Of a stretch of 64,000 nucleotides of DNA, positions 59,946 through 64,000 are shown piece after piece. Within the stretch, counting starts at the first letter, position 1. Every line of letters begins with the position of its first letter. Location: positions 12,819-76,818 of the forward strand of contig JALONM010000008.1 in NCBI GenBank assembly GCA_025454925.1, written 5' to 3'. Below the pieces are notes generated by a model. It worked only from the letters and a program-made list of their open reading frames with translations, searched no databases and was not told the DNA's origin. The position numbers were made by a program, and so were the translations under genes. This DNA comes from Cytophagaceae bacterium (lineage in GTDB: Bacteria > Bacteroidota > Bacteroidia > Cytophagales > Cytophagaceae).

Positions 59946-60581
59946 ATGCAAAAGAAATCGGTATGGCTTGGTATTACCATGGTGTTGACCCTTAGCTTGC
60001 TTGCCAATGCGCAATCAGCCAAACAAGACAATACGTTTAAAAGATGGTACGTGGGTAGTTCATTATTCTTGTTTGGAAACTTGGACAAGGTGAATAACCC
60101 TGAATATGTACAATTGAATCTCGGATATAGGATTAACCCCAAAAATGTTATTTCCGTTGAATTTAAAAGGTCCATTTATTCCTGGCCCATAGGAATTCCT
60201 TTCGGACCTTCTTTTGATGCCCCTGGACTGAATTACCCGGGACATGCCCGCATACTGGCTCCTACTCTTGCGTACCAGCGCTTCTGGTGGAAAGGCGTGT
60301 ATACTTCTGTATTTGCCTTGAATGCTTTTGAAAAGTATTTCGATGAAAACAAAAAGAAGATTGGAAATGGCTTTACCCTATATATGAATTTTCATTTGGG
60401 TTATCAATTTAAATTTTTTAAAAATCGATTCTTCTTTGAACCTGCCATCGGCTGCAGCTATTGGCCCATACGCACCAATCTTCCGGATTCCTTTAAAGAA
60501 GCAGAAAAAAAGTGGCCCAATTATTTTATTCAACCAGGCCTTCATTTCGGATATAATTTCAATGTTAAAAAGAAGCGATAA
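59946..60581 (+). CDS. hypothetical secreted protein, probable small outer-membrane beta-barrel (paralogue 1)
   Basis: 211 aa with a signal peptide (…LLANAQS), an alternating hydrophobic pattern and a GLHFGYNF motif close to the C-terminus. By eye it is roughly 35-40% identical to the next gene. Confidence 0.55.
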   Translation: MQKKSVWLGITMVLTLSLLANAQSAKQDNTFKRWYVGSSLFLFGNLDKVNNPEYVQLNLGYRINPKNVISVEFKRSIYSWPIGIPFGPSFDAPGLNYPGHARILAPTLAYQRFWWKGVYTSVFALNAFEKYFDENKKKIGNGFTLYMNFHLGYQFKFFKNRFFFEPAIGCSYWPIRTNLPDSFKEAEKKWPNYFIQPGLHFGYNFNVKKKR

Positions 60582-60614
60582 TACACTTCACGGGTACCTG
60601 GCCTAAGGTCTTTA

Positions 60615-60631
60615 TTAACTTAAGTGAATGT
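60615..60631 (+). promoter_or_regulatory. second copy of the 17-nt motif (TTAACTTAAGTGAATGT)
   Basis: It occupies the same position relative to the start codon (74 vs 76 nt upstream). It contains the palindromic core ACTTAAGT. Confidence 0.4.
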
Positions 60632-60688
60632 ATTCTTGCCTATGCCCCAATATCTTTACACCATGGTTTCACCACAATAAGAAAAGAT

Positions 60689-61318
60689 ATGCAAAAGAAA
60701 ATTGTATGGTTGGCACTAGCCTTCATCCTGACAAATGCACTGCACCTAAAAGCACAGTATGCGGCCTCAGACAGCACACACAAACGTTGGTTTGTAGGTA
60801 GTTCACTCTTTGTTTTATTAGGAAATACGGACACCAAAAATCCACCCCATTTCGTACAGTTGAATATCGGTTATCGCATCACTGGAAAAGATGTGTTTAC
60901 CATTGAACCTAAAACCTGGAAATATGCCTGGCCCAATGGTATTCACCCGTTTTTAAACGACGCCTACAAAAAGCCTGAGGAGAAATTTCCTGGCTATGTG
61001 CGTGAGTTCGGCATCTCTTTATCCTACCAGCGGTTTTTTCACAAGGGCTTGTACGCAGAATTAAATGTAATGCCTACGCTGCAAAATTTTTATAATGAGC
61101 AAAACAAAAAAATCGATAATGGCTTTCAGATTTTCAATACCTATCGGGTAGGCTATCACATCAAGCTGTTCAAAGACAGAGTTTTCATTCAGCCTTCGTT
61201 GGCCATTACACACCGCGCGTATCACACAAGGCTTCCGGATGGATTTAAACAGTTGGATGATAAATGGTCTAAATTTATTTTCGGAGAACCTGGTTTTCAT
61301 TTTGGAATTAATCTGTAA
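60689..61318 (+). CDS. hypothetical secreted protein, probable small outer-membrane beta-barrel (paralogue 2)
   Basis: 209 aa with a signal peptide (…LHLKAQ) and a C-terminal GFHFGINL. Confidence 0.55.
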   Translation: MQKKIVWLALAFILTNALHLKAQYAASDSTHKRWFVGSSLFVLLGNTDTKNPPHFVQLNIGYRITGKDVFTIEPKTWKYAWPNGIHPFLNDAYKKPEEKFPGYVREFGISLSYQRFFHKGLYAELNVMPTLQNFYNEQNKKIDNGFQIFNTYRVGYHIKLFKDRVFIQPSLAITHRAYHTRLPDGFKQLDDKWSKFIFGEPGFHFGINL

Positions 61319-61335
61319 CACATAACGCTTGTATT

Positions 61336-61767
61336 ATGAATACTCAAACGAGTTCCAAACCATCGCTGCACGACGCTCCAATAGCAGTGCAAATAAAACT
61401 GGCTGCCCTCTGGGCGAGTTTTATGTTTCTTTATATCTACGTGGATTATTTTGCCTTGTACATGCCGCATAAGATAGAAGGTATTCTCCAAGGAAAAGTG
61501 TTTGTATTTGAGATATCACAGGGCTTTCTGGTGGCAGCACTTATTTCGGTCTCGATTCCGGCGCTGATGATTTTTCTATCCATACTGTTGCCAGCGAAAA
61601 TAAATCGCTGGACCAACATCGTATTGGCCGCGCTCTACATTCCCTATTCATTATTTAACCTGGCAGGGGAAACCTGGGTACACATGATATACGGAGCAGT
61701 GGTAGAAGTAATCCTTCTGTGTTTAATTCTTCGCTATGCCTGGACGTGGCCCCGCACCAATCAATGA
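61336..61767 (+). CDS. small 4-TM membrane protein (paralogue of 58281-58727)
   Basis: 143 aa. It starts 17 nt after the preceding gene. Confidence 0.55.
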   Translation: MNTQTSSKPSLHDAPIAVQIKLAALWASFMFLYIYVDYFALYMPHKIEGILQGKVFVFEISQGFLVAALISVSIPALMIFLSILLPAKINRWTNIVLAALYIPYSLFNLAGETWVHMIYGAVVEVILLCLILRYAWTWPRTNQ

Positions 61768-61938
61768 AACGCTATGCGTAATGGAAAATCGTTGACGATG
61801 GTTTTGACGAATCGTTATAGCTTGGATCTCCGGAATTCATACTTGAAATACGTATTTAGTTGCCTTGATACAGAAATAGTCTTCTTTACCAAGGTAATGT
61901 AAATACAGGAATACAAAGACTGTGGAAACAAAGGTTCT

Positions 61939-64000
61939 CTAGAGAACGGCAAGCATTAGTGTTTTTCTTTGTCCTGAGTCAAAATTAATGGTACAGATAT
62001 AGATTCCTCGTGGAAGGTTTTTGAGATCAAAAATATAATCATGGCCAATAAATGATTCCTTTAATATTGTGTTTCCGTTTAAATGGATAAGCGAAACTTG
62101 AACAGGAGTATTGGGTTGCGGTGGATTGAATGAAAGCAGGCATCGTTCACCGGAGGAGGAAGGATTAGGAGAAATGGTTGCGTTCAGAAGTTGGTCATCG
62201 TTTTCATTTGAGAGGATGCCATCTACGAGGGAACTTTTTAACCGGAAGAAATTAGTAACGGAATAATCATCACAAATACCTCGGAACGCTGACACAAGCA
62301 TGCTATTATTCCCATCCATACTAAAATTGGCAATAGCTCCGGAAATGTTGGCATTGAAAGTAAGATCCACAGTACCGTCGTTGTTTAGTAATACAAGATT
62401 TTTTCTAGCTTCTCCATGAAATGTAGTAAAGTTGCCTGCGGCAAAAATTTTCCCATCAGACCTTACATGGGTCATTGCTATGTGCCCATCTTCCGTATAA
62501 TTTCCTGTAATGGGTCCAGAGCCTGTATGAAAGGTTGGATCTAAAGAGCCGTCGGAATGGAGTCGTACGGGTGAGCGCATCGCTTGTCCGTTAAAACTAG
62601 AAAAACTTCCGGATATCAGCATCTGACCATTAGGCAGAAGGTTTATATGCTGTATGGGTCCATCAAAACCACTACCAATGTTAAATCCATTATCCAGACT
62701 TCCGTCGGAATGAAGTCTTGCCAGATAGTTTGCCGATACATTATTGTACGTAGTAAATTGTCCTCCAATTATAATTTTATTATCAGATTGGATGGCTATA
62801 TGATAAATGAAATGATTGGCCCCTGTTCCTGGATCAAAGGATGCATCTAAGGTTCCATTGGAATTTAGTCGGGCAATCCTATTTCTGGAAATTCCGGAAG
62901 GGAAATTTAACTGATCGTAATATGCTGTAAAACGGCCTCCAACTACAATCTTTCCATCACTTTGCAAACATGCGTCAAAGACAGTGTTGTTTAAAAAGTT
63001 GTTTTCGGAATCAAAGGAGGCATCTAGATTCCCATCCTCATGCAATCGTGCTATTCGATAGGCCGTTGTTGATCCATATCCTGTAAACTTTCCTGCCACT
63101 ATTATTTTGTTATTACTTTGTAGTTCTATATCGTATACTTCATCGTTAAGGCTATTCGATCCCACAAACGTATTATCAAGCGAAGCGTCTTGATTGATTC
63201 GAACAATACCAATCGTTTTTGTATTGTTGTAGGATACAAAACTTCCACCCAGTAGATATTTTCCATTCGGCAATTTTCTAATGACCCTGGGATATGCATC
63301 CGTACCTTTGCTTTGTTGGAAACCTTCATCCACACTTCCGTCTGCATTGATGCGAGTAAAAAAATTAACGGTTTGATACCGGTAGCTTGTTTCTTCATTG
63401 GCAAATAAAATTTTCCCATCTGGTTGTATAGCTAAATCATATTGAAAGCTAAAGCCTACGAAATTTGGCTTTGAAGTAGTTACAAAACTTGGATCTATTG
63501 ATCCGTTGGGGTTTAGCCTGGCAAATTTATTTGCATATGTGCTATTGATATAATCAAATTTTCCGAATACTATAATTTTACCATCCATCTGACAGACCAT
63601 TTTGAAAACGGCATTATCAATATGGCTCGAAAAGGAATTGGAAAGAGTTCCATCCTGAGCATCAATCTTCATCAGATATTTCACGTTGGTGTTATTATAG
63701 GAGGTAAAATATCCTGCAACCAGCAATGAGTCTGCTTCCACGACTTCTATATCCAACACATAATTATTGGGATAAACAGGATTGAAACCATTATCAAGAC
63801 TTCCATCCGCATTAAGTTTGATCAAATTACTTTTATTGAAGCCATTAAATTGAGTGAAATAGCCACCAATCATCAGTTGTCCATTCGATAAGGATTTGAT
63901 GACACAAATTTTCCCATTGTCGTGATTAACCCCATTGCCTACTTGGAAAGTGGCATCAAAAGTACCGTTGGAATTTAAACGTATAATGTTTCGTAAATAT
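61939..64000 (-). CDS. delta-60-type repeat (beta-propeller-like) protein with T9SS C-terminal sorting domain, 5' end outside window
   Basis: A repeated motif (R/L)(L/I)N.(D/N)G(S/T)(L/V/I)D..F occurs about every 55-60 aa. The frame stays open upstream of the 63873 ATG to nt 64000 and still encodes the repeat (RLNSNGTFDATF). The C-terminus is …ISPNPSS…GIYICTI…. Confidence 0.8.
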   Translation of the reverse strand, partial: YLRNIIRLNSNGTFDATFQVGNGVNHDNGKICVIKSLSNGQLMIGGYFTQFNGFNKSNLIKLNADGSLDNGFNPVYPNNYVLDIEVVEADSLLVAGYFTSYNNTNVKYLMKIDAQDGTLSNSFSSHIDNAVFKMVCQMDGKIIVFGKFDYINSTYANKFARLNPNGSIDPSFVTTSKPNFVGFSFQYDLAIQPDGKILFANEETSYRYQTVNFFTRINADGSVDEGFQQSKGTDAYPRVIRKLPNGKYLLGGSFVSYNNTKTIGIVRINQDASLDNTFVGSNSLNDEVYDIELQSNNKIIVAGKFTGYGSTTAYRIARLHEDGNLDASFDSENNFLNNTVFDACLQSDGKIVVGGRFTAYYDQLNFPSGISRNRIARLNSNGTLDASFDPGTGANHFIYHIAIQSDNKIIIGGQFTTYNNVSANYLARLHSDGSLDNGFNIGSGFDGPIQHINLLPNGQMLISGSFSSFNGQAMRSPVRLHSDGSLDPTFHTGSGPITGNYTEDGHIAMTHVRSDGKIFAAGNFTTFHGEARKNLVLLNNDGTVDLTFNANISGAIANFSMDGNNSMLVSAFRGICDDYSVTNFFRLKSSLVDGILSNENDDQLLNATISPNPSSSGERCLLSFNPPQPNTPVQVSLIHLNGNTILKESFIGHDYIFDLKNLPRGIYICTINFDSGQRKTLMLAVL

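Noticed and set aside
1-64000. Prophage, genomic island, integrative element or defence-system signatures
   Set aside because: I recognised no integrase, transposase, recombinase, phage structural, restriction-modification, toxin-antitoxin, reverse transcriptase or NTPase/nuclease defence-type genes. Gene content is housekeeping and envelope functions with conserved Bacteroidota synteny blocks.

Overview
This 64-kb segment looks like chromosomal DNA from a Bacteroidota-type genome. Supporting signs are three proteins with T9SS-type C-terminal sorting domains, TonB-dependent receptors, rimP-nusA-infB, panC / glycogen-synthase-like / DUF4270 / glmS synteny, and TAnnTTTG-like -7 boxes. I call about 45 protein genes. 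They cover translation and transcription (rimP, nusA, infB), haem (hemE), cell-envelope and iron-type uptake (a FecI/FecR/TonB receptor set and a second TonB receptor with a PepSY protein), secreted glycoside hydrolases (GH5, GH8, GH3), a MarR-linked beta-oxidation operon, a LytTR two-component pair and several uncharacterised envelope proteins. I found no rRNA, tRNA, CRISPR array, transposase, integrase or recognisable defence system. The most unusual content is non-coding. Three families of structured intergenic repeats fill abnormally long spacers of 0.45-0.9 kb. Family A is GC-rich, about 80-130 nt, with 5 copies. Family B is about 160 bp, MITE-like with 11-bp terminal inverted repeats, with 2 copies. 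Family C is AT-rich, about 100-190 nt, multi-hairpin, with 6 copies. One C copy carries an exactly flipped hairpin. Other leads are: a 500-bp ORF-poor but helix-rich gap between convergent genes; a 52-bp inverted repeat upstream of marR whose arm recurs in front of the acyl-CoA dehydrogenase gene; a terminator-like hairpin immediately upstream of rimP; an exported MsrB-MsrA/DoxX/YHS operon; a Crp/Fnr-linked duplicated small beta-barrel module with a conserved upstream motif; and an EEP-CBM6x3-GH5-CBM6-T9SS fusion protein. All family names come from motif recognition by eye; no database search was run.
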